Assembly: GCA_054661495.1 (NCBI GenBank)
Contig: BAAFSQ010000027.1
Coordinates: forward strand, 31,156 to 63,155
Length of the DNA: 32,000 nucleotides
Reading direction: 5' to 3'
DNA from: Zygophlyctis sp. KS116
Lineage: Eukaryota > Fungi > Chytridiomycota
The position numbers were made by a program, and so were the translations under genes. Each line of letters opens with the position of its first letter. Position 1 is the stretch's first letter. The notes beneath the pieces were generated by a model. The model worked only from the letters and a program-made list of their open reading frames with translations. It made no database searches and was not told where the DNA came from. Below are positions 15,043 through 26,047 of this stretch, one piece after another.

Positions 15043-16425
15043 TTAAGCTAGGCTGACGTCGCCTCCATTAGCGCATGACGACCTAAAATTATCAAAGAAA
15101 CCGCTTCGGACAAGATTATGCAGAAGAAATCTATCTAATCGCTTACTAGTGGCCATCTGGAATTCTGAAATATATGTCTCATCAATCGTTGCAGTCTTAA
15201 TGATATGAAGGCGAAAGTAAACTTCTAACCAAGGCGTTGCATCGGAAAGCCATTCTATTATTAATCACTATCAGATCAATTACTTGCATTTGTAAATCCA
15301 CAAACACTCAACTCCTTTCTTATTTGCTGCAAGTTCCATGTAAATTCATTTGTTATACTATCTACCTCGATCATTTTAACATTTGAAAATTGTAACAACG
15401 GTCCAAAATTACACCATTCCTTTAAAGACTTGAAAGTATTTATCGCATCTTCTAAATGAAATGGAACTAATTCATGAGATTAATAAATCATACCATTCTT
15501 GAAATTCCTCTTATACTTTGATTCCTTGAAACAGTCTGCAAATCTACCTGGGATCCAATTAAAGTTTGCCAACGAAAAATCATATAGAGTAGGTACAAGA
15601 TCAATAGTTATGCAGTCTGTATAAAAGGAACAAGTAAGTTCAAAAAATCCGATGCATTGAACGATTGTGTCTTTGAATGCCTGTAACAAAAAATATTTCA
15701 TTTCCTGAAGCCTTTCATTCCTGATTTTCAATAGATCATTCTGAAAATCATTGATCAATTCTAGAACTTCATTTAAAATTCTCATATTGTCTTTGGTTTT
15801 TGAAAGTAAAACAGAGTAAGCGTAATCAATGATTGTGCTGTAGATCAATAGATCAATTTCAAAAATCCAAAGAGAGTTTTCTGATAAATTCTGATAATTC
15901 TTAACCTTTTCTTGACAAAAAATATAAGTCTAAAGATCATTTAAATTTCTCTTACAGTTCTCATCTGTCCGATAATTAGATCTGGTTCTATATTTTGTAT
16001 GAATATTCTATCTAGACATTGCTGAAAGATTTTGTATTTTTCTTGAGATAGCTTATTGCTGGGATAAAATAAATGACTGATTTCTTTTTTTAAACATAGT
16101 CCGATATAATGATACTTTGATTCTCCTCTTGACCCCAAGCGTCTACTGCCAACTTGAGGAAAAGCCATTCTTATACATTTACCAAAAAGTCCTGTTGACG
16201 GAGAGAAATTATAATGCTCGACGCAATACTTTGCGACTAATTGTAAGCAGAGAAAGATTGCAATTTTCAAATCAAAAACTTACAATCTGTAAAGAGGATT
16301 TCTCTAGAGATCTTATGATCGGTAAGCTCATATAGATTATTCTGAATCCTGCTAATAAGTTTTAATCTAAAGTACCATTTTAAAGTTATATCTTGTCTAA
16401 TCTTCTTATCATCTGGTTCGGACAT
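15043..16425 (-). CDS. RFX: RFX winged-helix transcription factor, ~6 exons
   Basis: Spliced DNA-binding domain TLKWIQNN..ISREILFTDFAKYC..STGLFGKCIRMAFP..SRRLGSRGESKYHYIGL. The last exon (to TAA at 15043) depends on a predicted 29-nt intron. Confidence 0.85.
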
Positions 16426-16469
16426 TTCAAGCGTCTGACGCAAAAAAAAAAAAAACGCTCAAATCGCAA
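16426..16469. promoter_or_regulatory. 44-nt divergent (bidirectional) promoter region between RFX and LTA4H
   Basis: Head-to-head ATGs at 16425 (-) and 16470 (+). Contains a poly(A) tract flanked by CpG-containing words. Confidence 0.6.
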
Positions 16470-18442
16470 ATGGATCCAAACTCTTTTGCTAATAGCCATG
16501 AAATTGCTGTAAAGCATATACACCTAATGTAAGATCTGAAATCCTTTTAATAAAAGACTTTATACTGATTTTGATCGCAAAATTTTGGAAGGATCTGTTC
16601 AACTTGATTGCAAAGTTTTAAAGGATCAAGTTAATACATTGGTTCTCGACTCGTCGTTTTTGGATATTAAATCGATCGCTAGTGAAGGATCGGATCTATC
16701 ATATAAAATCGAAGAACGACATCCTATTTATGGATCAAAGATTATTGTGAACTTGTCTAGAATGTTTAATCAGAATGAAATGGTAAAGATTACTGTTAAA
16801 TATTCAACTACGGAAAAATGTACCGCTGTACAATGGTAATCTTAAGATCCGCAAAATTAACTCATAGGCTGAATTCAGAACAGACTGTTGGGAAAAAAGC
16901 TCCATATCTCTTTACTCAGTGTCAAGCGATACATGCCAGGAGTCTGCTTCCGTGTCAAGATACGCCCTCTGTTAAAATTACGTATACTGCTGAAATTACT
17001 GTACCAAGGTCATTAAAAGCTTTAATGAGTGCAATTCAAGTCTCTGAAAATGTAAATCAGAAGAATAATGTATACTTTTTTGATCAAAAGATTGCAATTC
17101 CTTCTTACCTGATTGCTTTAGCTGTAGGTAATCTAAAAGGAATCAAGGTTGGGCCAAGAAGTACAGTTTGGTCTGAGCCAGAAGTTGTAGAAGCTGCAGC
17201 ATGGGAATTTCAAGATACTGAAGAGTTTATAAAAGTCGGTGAAAGTTTACTTACTCCCTATGTATGGGGAGTGTATGATTTACTATTATTACCTGCCTCA
17301 TTTCCTTATGGTGGAATGGAGAATCCATGTATTTATATTAAAGATTGATTTTACAGGCTTAACATTTGTTACACCAACTTTATTAGCTGGTGATAGATCT
17401 CTTGTAGATGTTGTAGCTCATGAGATTAGTCATTCTTGGATGGGAAATCTTGTGACCACACAAAACTGGGAACATTTTTGGCTTAATGAAGGATTTACTG
17501 TTTTTGTTGAAAGAAAAATTGCAGGAAGACTTCACGGACAAGAAATGTTGGAATTTGATGCAATCATTGATCTTAAAGCATTAAAAGAATCCGTTCAACA
17601 TTTTGAAGAAATCAATCGGCCTGAATTTAGTGTCTTGTGTCCGTCATTAAAAGATCAAGATCCGGATGATGCGTAAATATCCTAGACTAAAATTAGATTT
17701 TCATCAGTCCCATACGAAAAAGGATTTAATCTTCTTTATTATTTGGAAAATATTCTTGGTGGTCCAAAAGTTTTTGAACCATATGTTAAAGCCCATGTTG
17801 AAAACTTTAGTCACAAGTCTATTACTACGAGTGATTTTAAAGATTTCTTGTTTAAATACTTTGAATCAAATCCTGAAAAAACCAATATTTTATCTAGTGT
17901 TGATTGGGAAACATGGTTCCATAAACCTGGAATGCCAATTATAGACAATAATTTTGATGATTCTTTGGCAAAAACTTGTATTAAACTCTCTCAAGACTGG
18001 GATTCTAGTAGAGACTCTAAAGTGTATCCTACTAATAAGAAAGATTTCCTTGATTTATCATCAAATCAAAAGATTATGTTTTTGGAAAAAATGTTACAAA
18101 AACCAGTTTTTCCTATTCATGTTTTAGAATCTATGAATTCTTTATATGAAATTTCTAAAATCTCAAATGCTGAAATCAAATTTAGATGGCAATGGCTCTG
18201 TTTGAATGCAAATTACTCTAAAATATTCCCAGATGTTGTATCTTTTGTATCTCAAGTTGGAAGAATGAAGGTATATTTTCAAGAATTCAAGTCTTTAGTT
18301 TGTCCGACCTCTGTACCGTGCTCTCTATAAGTGTGATCCTAACCTTTCCCAGAGTACTTTTAGGGACTATAGATATTTTTACCATCCGATATGTTCAGCC
18401 ATGATAGCAAAGGATATAGGATTATCGCCTTCCATTTCGTAA
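16470..18442 (+). CDS. LTA4H: Leukotriene A4 hydrolase / M1 leucine aminopeptidase, 6 exons
   Basis: [40 protein letters not shown]-x18-E (WLNEGFT), VPYEKG, GRMKFVRPLY. Five introns of 24-32 nt. Confidence 0.95.
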
Positions 18443-18535
18443 TCCAAAAAGTTGTTGATTTTGAACAAGTAAAAGATTGAAATTGGATTTTTGAATTTTC
18501 CACGATCACGTGATTGACCGTTCGAATTTCAATTA

Positions 18536-19826
18536 ATGGACATTCTCTCCAAACTCCTGCTTGAAGAGGCCGACAAGGGAGCGACTAGTATTAATCTGTC
18601 GGATAGAAATCTTAATACAATTCCAAGCCAAGTCTTTCGTTTAAAAACTTTAGAAAGAATCGGACTTTCTAATAATTCGTTGGCTTCTCTGCCGAGGGAA
18701 TTCTCATCATTAACAAATCTAAAATACATAAATCTCAAAGGAAATTCATTGATGGAAATTCCAAATTGTTTATGTACGCTTCCGCATCTGGAAATTCTTG
18801 ATATTTCAAGAAACAAGATTTCTAAATTGCCTGAAAGGCCAGGATTCCTTTTAAAGTTAAGAATACTCAATCTGTCTAGGAATAAAATAATTCAGTTGCC
18901 ATTATGGATGGGCAATATGAAGAATTTGGAATTATTGCAAATTTATAAAAATCCTATAGAATGGCCTCCGTTGGAAATTTGGGATTGTCCTTCAACTGAA
19001 CAGGATGCTCTTAATGAATGGTTAGTAAGTCTTAAAAATTATCTGAATGGATCTTCTCAAAACAAAACTGCTAAATCAGAACAAGTTATTCCAGTAGAGG
19101 AATTAAAGGAAATTCAAAAAAATGATCCAGAACAGATTCAGACATTAATAGATATATTACAAGAATCTCTTAATATTCCTTGGACTTCATCAGTAAAGGT
19201 TTCTTTCAAGATTTTTCATGCTTGTAATATATTTTTATCAGTTCTAGATACGTTTTTTAGAACTTTTTTAGGACAGTCAAGATTAGAAACTGGAACTGTA
19301 CAACAGCAAAATTTATCAAAATTACAAAATTCAACAATGGCATTAGCATACTGTATAATGGGATTAAATCCAATAGATTTAGCTAAAAATAGTTTGATAG
19401 AGGCTGTACATGATTTAAAAACATTTTTAAATTCAGATTCAGTACCAAAAGAAAGAGCTGCTAGGTTTCATATGTTGGGATATTATTCAATGTCTAGTGA
19501 TATAGGAAAAGGAATTTTAGATCTTTCAAATCCAGAGTTTAAACCAGATGCAAGATCTTATAAGCAAGAGATTATATCTCTAGGAAAATCACTACTTTTT
19601 TCTCTATCTGTGATTGAAACGCCCTCTGATGTATTTATAATTTTTCTAAAATTTATAGACTGTGGTTTTATTTGAAAAAACATTGGATTCTCTTCCAAAA
19701 ACTAGTGATTTCGCTTCATTTACTGAAGTATTATTGAAATTAGTAAAGGAAATTGATGCAAAAGAAAATAGGGAGCTTTTAAAACAAGTTTATGAACTGA
19801 TTCAAGTTATACAAACAGTTTTATAA
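18536..19826 (+). CDS. LRR protein, Sog2-like (RAM/MOR network), 2 exons
   Basis: About six LRRs including LEILDISRNKI, capped by NPIEWPP..LKNYL, then a helical C-terminus. One 28-nt intron near 19631-19658. Sog2 orthology is inferred. Confidence 0.6.
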
Positions 19827-19937
19827 GTAATATATATCATACATTTACATTATATCTCTTAAACACGAAAAATTTTATACGAAAAATTTGCATTTTGCTT
19901 CGGACAAAAAACCTCTTTCAAATTTTCACTAGTAGAT

Positions 19938-21272
19938 ATGAGTTCAATTCTAAAAATGATGATAATGATGTTTTTAATCATACCATTGAATGCAATGCAA
20001 TCGATGAATGCATTAAATGACATTGGATTCAGGGATGTTGTCTCCGTTTTTAATTTCTTGCCAAAACAACAATTTAGCCAATTAAGATTAAAGATTTATG
20101 ATATTCTAAAAAACAGAAAATCTATAACTAGCAAAATTAACCCGAAATCAATATATACAGAGGCTGCATCAATAGTATCAGAAATTCAAAATGCATATGC
20201 AAGTGTTGTATCTTTTCAGTTACAGAAGCGGGATATTAAAAAGGATCATCATGAGGAGACTGGTTTCTCGGGAATCCCACATAATGGAGATAAATCAAGA
20301 GCAACTAAACAATTATATGACGATAATCATATCAAAGTTTTGGGATTATTTGATATATTTGACAATGAGGAAAAAGCTCAAGTTGAATCAGCTCTAAATC
20401 TGATCCGTGCTAATCATGACTTTGGTATATTTTGACCAATTTGAATTAATATTAGACTCACATATAGCACTGATTAAAACCATTATCAATGAAGCTGCGG
20501 AAGGTATGTATCATTACTGTAAATAATAGTTGATCCCAAAAAGTCTGCAGATTATGCTAAACAGCTGGAAGAAATATCCAAGTCTGGATCGCAAGATTGG
20601 GCAAAACTGAAGACTGTAAAAAAGAAAGCGATTAATGCACTTCATCCAGATAAAGCCCCTCCTGAAAAACAGCAGCTAGCAAATGAAATATTTAAGAAAT
20701 ATTCTGATATCATGAAAGAAACGAAACCAGGCGAGGGATTTTCTTACGATCTAAAGTCATTTAATCAAATTGTAGACTTGATCAAGACTTATGAACGGGA
20801 TGAAAAATCATGGTTTAAGAAATCAAACACTAAGAAATGGGAAAAACTACAGCTAGAATTGAAAAATATTGGATATGATGGGTTCTTTAAGAAAGACTCA
20901 TTGATTTTTAATCAAGTGATGAACGGGAAAAAGGTGTCTTTTAACCAAAAGATCAACTATTTTGGAAGAAAGAGTTCGTTTTTAAATATTGTAGAAAAGG
21001 AATCTCAGATGATTGATCAGCTAATTCTTGAAAACTTGAAACGGCCTCATGTTTATAATAACATAAATTGGGTAAGATTGCAAGCTGCTTTAGAAAACCG
21101 CCAAGAGTATTTACTAAAAATAATTAAGACTGGTCAACCTAATGTTCACTCAGCAGAACGGCAGTTTCTTCGCCGGCAAGGACTTGGTACTATTATATTT
21201 GGAACATTATTCCTGGCTGTTTTAGCGCTGTTAAAAGGAACAAGACAAGCGGAAAGTAATTTGATATCTTGA
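19938..21272 (+). CDS. Unknown secreted/membrane protein A: signal peptide + pro-region (LQKR) + J-domain-like HPDK segment + C-terminal hydrophobic helix, 3 exons
   Basis: Hydrophobic N-terminus. Two tiny introns join ORF 19938 to ORF 20712. KTVKKKAINALHPDKAPPEKQQLANEIFKKY (HPD at 20643-20651). IIFGTLFLAVLALLK near the C-terminus. Confidence 0.75.
19998..20211 (+). repeat. 214-nt direct repeat, copy 1 (pro-region of protein A)
   Basis: Matches 22690-22903 with four substitutions by my count. Confidence 0.95.
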
Positions 21273-21371
21273 TCTTAGCAATCTGAGGGAATCTGAATCT
21301 ATAAATAAAAATAATAACTCATGGCGTACATATTTTAAAAAATATGGTAAGCTTTGTACGAAATCTTGAAA

Positions 21372-22262
21372 ATGTCAAAACTCTGGATTAAATTTAAAAC
21401 TTATAGTGCTGTTAAAGTCTCTATTGAAGACTGTCAAAATGTTGATGATTTTCTCAAGGCCTGCAAGAAGGAGCTTTCTCAAAAGCTGAACTCTATTCCT
21501 ACCAGTCGCCTCTGCCTCTCCACTACTGCTGATGGTCCCTCTCTTCGACCTGGTCTAAATCTCACTGATATTTGTTCTCAACCAGGCTATTTAGAAAATA
21601 ATGATGAGAATCCTCTCTTCATCAGTGTCATAGACGAACTCACTGTTTCTCAAGGGAGCCGCACATCTTCCGAGTCCAATTTGAATGCTCCACATCCTAA
21701 AAGAAAGGAAAGATGGGGAAAGCTCAATGATATACTACGCACTACTCCTTATTTCCAATCTACAAAAGCCATTCCAAAGGTTAAATTTGATTTCCTGTCT
21801 CAGTATCTCTCGGTTGCTACGAAATGCTTTGGGTCTCTTTCATCGTCTCATAGACTTCATCTGATTGCACCAATCATCATTTGTGTCTGCTCTCTTCTCG
21901 ATGACGTTCAAATTCTAGTAGAGGAAGATTTGGATGGAAATTACCTGAAAGCTCATGGACATTTTGAATTTGTCTTGCGTCGCGGTGACAAAACTGTTTG
22001 CATCGTTGAAGCAAAAAGAGATGATATCAATCAGGGTATGGCACAGAATTTGCTTGGATGTGAAGTCGCAGCAGAGATTGATGATTTGCATTCAGTATAT
22101 GGGATCGTTACCAACTATTTGCAGTGGAATTTCCTGCGTAGTCTTGATGAAAAGATTGAAATAGATGAGTGCTCTATAAGGATGTTGCCTGGAGGCAGAC
22201 CCACTAGTGACTCTCTTGTTGAAATCACTGGTAAAATCTATGCAATGTTGTCTGATGAATAA
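21372..22262 (+). CDS. Crinkler (CRN)-like effector: ubiquitin-like header + PD-(D/E)xK restriction-endonuclease-like domain, intronless
   Basis: Header LWIKF..VDDFLKACKKEL..LRPG..NNDENPLFISV. C-terminal HGHFEFVL..CIVEAKRDD..QGMAQ..VYGIVTNYLQWNF. Confidence 0.75.
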   Translation: MSKLWIKFKTYSAVKVSIEDCQNVDDFLKACKKELSQKLNSIPTSRLCLSTTADGPSLRPGLNLTDICSQPGYLENNDENPLFISVIDELTVSQGSRTSSESNLNAPHPKRKERWGKLNDILRTTPYFQSTKAIPKVKFDFLSQYLSVATKCFGSLSSSHRLHLIAPIIICVCSLLDDVQILVEEDLDGNYLKAHGHFEFVLRRGDKTVCIVEAKRDDINQGMAQNLLGCEVAAEIDDLHSVYGIVTNYLQWNFLRSLDEKIEIDECSIRMLPGGRPTSDSLVEITGKIYAMLSDE

Positions 22263-22635
22263 AATAAAAGTGTGTTTGTTTTTTTAAGAAATTGTATTTG
22301 TAAATTAGGCAACTAAAACTCTTATGCACTCTCTGCAATCACATGGGAGTCCTGATCATAATTTGCAAGAATTTCAAGATGACAAATGCCAAAGTATTCT
22401 CGCAATTAATTGTTAAGATATAGATATTTCCAGTTTCTTGACTTTTCAGCAACTTATCCACATTGACGCCAAAGATTAAGGGGTCAGTGCAATGAATTAA
22501 ACGTGATCGTTCGAGTGGAATATGATAGAATATCTTTTACGATTCCATATGTTATCTTTTACTGATCTTAATTTCATCTTGTCCGGACACTGCGAGCAAA
22601 AAAAATTCGCAAAAGCAAATTTTTCTATACTTTAC

Positions 22636-24366
22636 ATGAGATCAGTGATAGTTTTGATTGGTTTTATGATAATGCCATTGATAGCGATTCAATCGATGAA
22701 TGCATTAAATGACATTGCATTCAGGGATGTTGTCTCCGTTTTTAATTTCTTGCCAAAACAACAATTTAGCCAACTAAGATTAAAGATTTATGATATTCTA
22801 AAAAACAGACAATCTATAACTAGCAAAATTAACCCGAAATCAATATATACAGAGGCTGCATCAATCGTATCAGAAATTCAAAATGCATATGCAAGTGTTG
22901 TATTTTTGTCACACAATCATCAGTTGCAGAAGCGTAGCGGGGGTGAGCAAGCTGATCCGTTAAGTTTAGATGAGAACACTGCAGATGAAAATGGAAGTGA
23001 TCAGAATACTGCAGATGAAAATGATGGAGATCATGGTAAATACTTGATATTACTGAATCATAAGTTTCAAAGACCCCTGAACCAGAAAAAAATCCAAAAT
23101 TAAACGATAAAAAGAATCGTAGAAAAACTTTTGAATTTTCTAGTCTGGATGAAATTTCAAAATATGCTAGATATTATGGATTTTTGAATATCTTCAATTT
23201 AACTGTTCCAGAGCTTCAAATTCTTTTAGATGTTATGGAAGGGAATAAGAATCATGGTAAGTATTTGATTTAAAATCATATATTTAGAAAAGAATGTGGA
23301 CGTTTTACGAGATATTGTCAAAGAGGCGTCTAAAAGTATTTTTTTGAAAATTATATTAATATTAGATCTTGAAGGCTCAAAAATCAAAAAATCAAGGGAA
23401 CTATTAAAAGATTTGGATAATTTGAGTAATTTTCAAGGTAAAGAAAAGGACACAAAACTATTATCAATAATTAGAAAAATTTCTCTAATTATTCATCCAG
23501 ATCATATAGCATCAGGACATGAACTATTTGTAAAGCAAAGGCCTAAATTGGAGAGTATGGCTTCAGATATTTTGGAACTAAGTGGAGATAAAATGCTGTT
23601 TTCTGGTCCATCCTATGATGAAATTATAAAAGCCGTTCAAACTTATGAAAAAGGAGAAAAATGGTGGTTTTCTTCTTCTGATTCCCGAATTTGGAAAGGC
23701 TTTAGAGACAAGGCTAAAAAGTTTTTTAATGGGCCTTCATCAGAAGATATTGAAGCTGTTAAAAATGTTTTAGAATTGAAGAAAAAGGGAAAGGATGCTT
23801 CATATGACTATCAAATGACATATCTTAAAAAGAAATATGATGAATTTATTGATTTGGCCTGGAATGAAATCACGAAACTTGATGATTATCTTTACGCAAA
23901 AGCATCTAATAATGCTAAAATATATAGAAACCCAAGATGGGTTGAATTACAAAGGCTCTTGGAAGATCGATATGAAAATCTAATGTCTATTGCCGAACAC
24001 GTTAATAAGAGATATGACAATGGAAAATCTAGTGGAGAATATGATACACAATTAAGACCTATGGAAGCTACAAAGTATATTACTCAAAAAACTGCTCCGC
24101 CTAAAATTATTGGAGGTATTCTCTTTTTGGCAGTTTTAGCCTGGTTGAAACACATGGCTCAAAATCACAGAATGAGACGATTGTCCAGCGACAAAAATTA
24201 TAGATTTCAGGAGAATGACTATGATGATTTGACTCGAGTTGACTATGATGATTTGCCTCCATTGCCTCGAAACAGAACTCAAACCAGAAGAAAACCTACT
24301 AAAACAAGACAAAAGAAAAAGAATCATCGTAGAGTGTCTTTTGATGATGAATTGGAAAGTCTGTAG
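22636..24366 (+). CDS. Unknown secreted/membrane protein B, paralog of A, 4 exons, with a basic tail after the TM helix
   Basis: Signal peptide MRSVIVLIGFMIMPLIA, shared pro-region and LQKR, IIHPDH at 23494-23502, IIGGILFLAVLAWLK. Introns 23036-23064, 23257-23287 and 23336-23365. Confidence 0.75.
22690..22903 (+). repeat. 214-nt direct repeat, copy 2 (pro-region of protein B)
   Basis: Matches 19998-20211. Confidence 0.95.
22969..23028 (+). repeat. 30-nt coding tandem duplication (DENTADENGS / DQNTADENDG)
   Basis: actgcagatgaaaatg repeated at a 30-nt period. Confidence 0.85.
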
Positions 24367-24473
24367 TCTCATTTATGGATCTACCTAGTTCTTTAATCGT
24401 TTTCTTCATAGTAGAATTATTAATAGGAAATTATATACTAAGACTTAAGTCTCAAATCAGTTGAGGGTTTCCG

Positions 24474-25981
24474 ATGAGTTTGGTTTTCTTGGAGATTGGA
24501 CAATGCGGAATACAGATCGGACAATCGCTTGCTGAGGCTCTCGAGAAGGAGTATGTATTTTTGCACTCAATATAGAAACATATCACACAATCATTTAAAT
24601 TATCCATTAAATAGCATTAAACAACTGGCCATTGATACAGAGTCCAAAGTAATAATATTTAATTGAATATCATTAGGCCTGGTCAAGGCGCAAACGGACA
24701 AAAAGTATGTTTCCAACTTCTGTTTTGACGCTGGACGGTTCGGGTAGAGGGAATAATTGGGCTCATGGATTCACGGAATCTGCCGGTATGGAAGAAATAT
24801 CAGATGGATTTAGAAAGGTTGTAGAGCAAGATTCTAGGCTAGGAGGGACAATGATATTATCATCAGTAGGTATGCTTTACCGATCGCCGTACTTTCGCTC
24901 TATCAAACTTATACTATAGCTGGTGGAACCGGATCTGGTTTGGGCTCAAGGATCTTGGAAGAAATTTCTCAGGATTATCCTAAAAAAGTCATTTTAAATT
25001 GTCCGTAAGACTACCAAACAGTAATAAAAGGATTCTTCCGTTTGGTCAGGGTGAAACAGCACTCCAAAATTATAATGCTTTATTATCATTAACATGGATG
25101 CAGAGGTATGCTTGTAGTATTAATTTTAGATTTTCAGATATGATTAATATGTTTTGTAATGATCATGTCTTCCATACGGTCTCTAAGCAAAAGGAACTTA
25201 TAGCAAATTCAAAAAATCCAAGCTCCATATCATTAATAGAGTTGAATGAATATATTTCACTTGGTCTCACGGGGATGCTACTACCAATGCATTCTGTAAA
25301 GAGAAATGGGGAAAAGTTGTCTATTGGGTATTTAATCCTGAGTTAAAGATAGAGAAATGAATCCGTTCTCTGGATGGGATATTGTTCAAAGTGTGGCACC
25401 TATTCCTTCTTTTAAATTTGTTCATACTACATCTTCAAGACTGGTTTCAGGCTTGGAGAATTCAAAAAAGTATGTAACGTGTATTTTTAAAGATAGACTA
25501 GAATCACTGGCTAATTGGGATGATGTAACTACAAATCTATACAGGAACATGTTATTTGATATTCCTGGATATAAGCCTGCTCCTCTTTTTTCTCGTTTAT
25601 ATGCGCGGGGTGTACAGTCCCAAAAGTTTTATCAAGCTTCTCCTATAATCATAAAGAAAATTGGAACGAGATGGGGGAATAGTTGTATGGGGCAACCGAT
25701 TGATATTGTAAATTCTTTTGTACAAGGTATAACAAACTCGGATTGAAAACTTAGGTCTGGATACAAGATCACAAATGAAATCATTAACTTTAGTCACCAA
25801 TTCTGATTTAGCATCCGTTACTCTAGACCACATAATTGAACGCGTTGAAGCTAAATTGGAAGTACGTGCCTATCTTCACTGGTATACCAGATATATTCCA
25901 GATATCAGAGAAGAAATGACTGAGGCACTCGAAGTACTCAAAACAGTGTCAAATGATTATAAGGACTTCACCAAAGTTTAA
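24474..25981 (+). CDS. Divergent centriolar tubulin, probably zeta-tubulin (delta as alternative), 9 exons
   Basis: GQCGIQIG, IDTESK, GRGNNWAHG, AGGTGSGLGSR, GETALQNYN..LTWMQRFSD, AYLHWY. Confidence 0.8.
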
Positions 25982-26047
25982 ACATTTATTCAGACTATGT
26001 GCAATATGCACTGGAAATCTTAAATAGGCGCCAAGATTTGCCAATTA

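Noticed and set aside
18529-18870. Antisense and alternate-frame short ORFs here and elsewhere (e.g. 415-630, 6109-6303, 9527-9781, 24136-24372, 29911-30114)
   Set aside because: They are shadows of well-supported genes with no recognisable motifs.
22263-22520. Possible minus-strand gene relic between CRN and gene B
   Set aside because: Only short open stretches, with no start, splice pattern or recognisable motif.
22522-22635. ORF-track N-terminal extension of protein B
   Set aside because: ATG 22636 gives a signal peptide aligned with paralog A, and the upstream part looks like promoter sequence.
19998-22903. 214-nt direct repeats as LTRs of an element carrying the CRN gene
   Set aside because: The repeats are in-frame coding sequence of two genes. 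No TG..CA ends, target-site duplication or RT/integrase is visible.
24367-24473. RFX X-box upstream of cilia-related genes
   Set aside because: No convincing GTNRCC-N-RGYAAC match found by eye.
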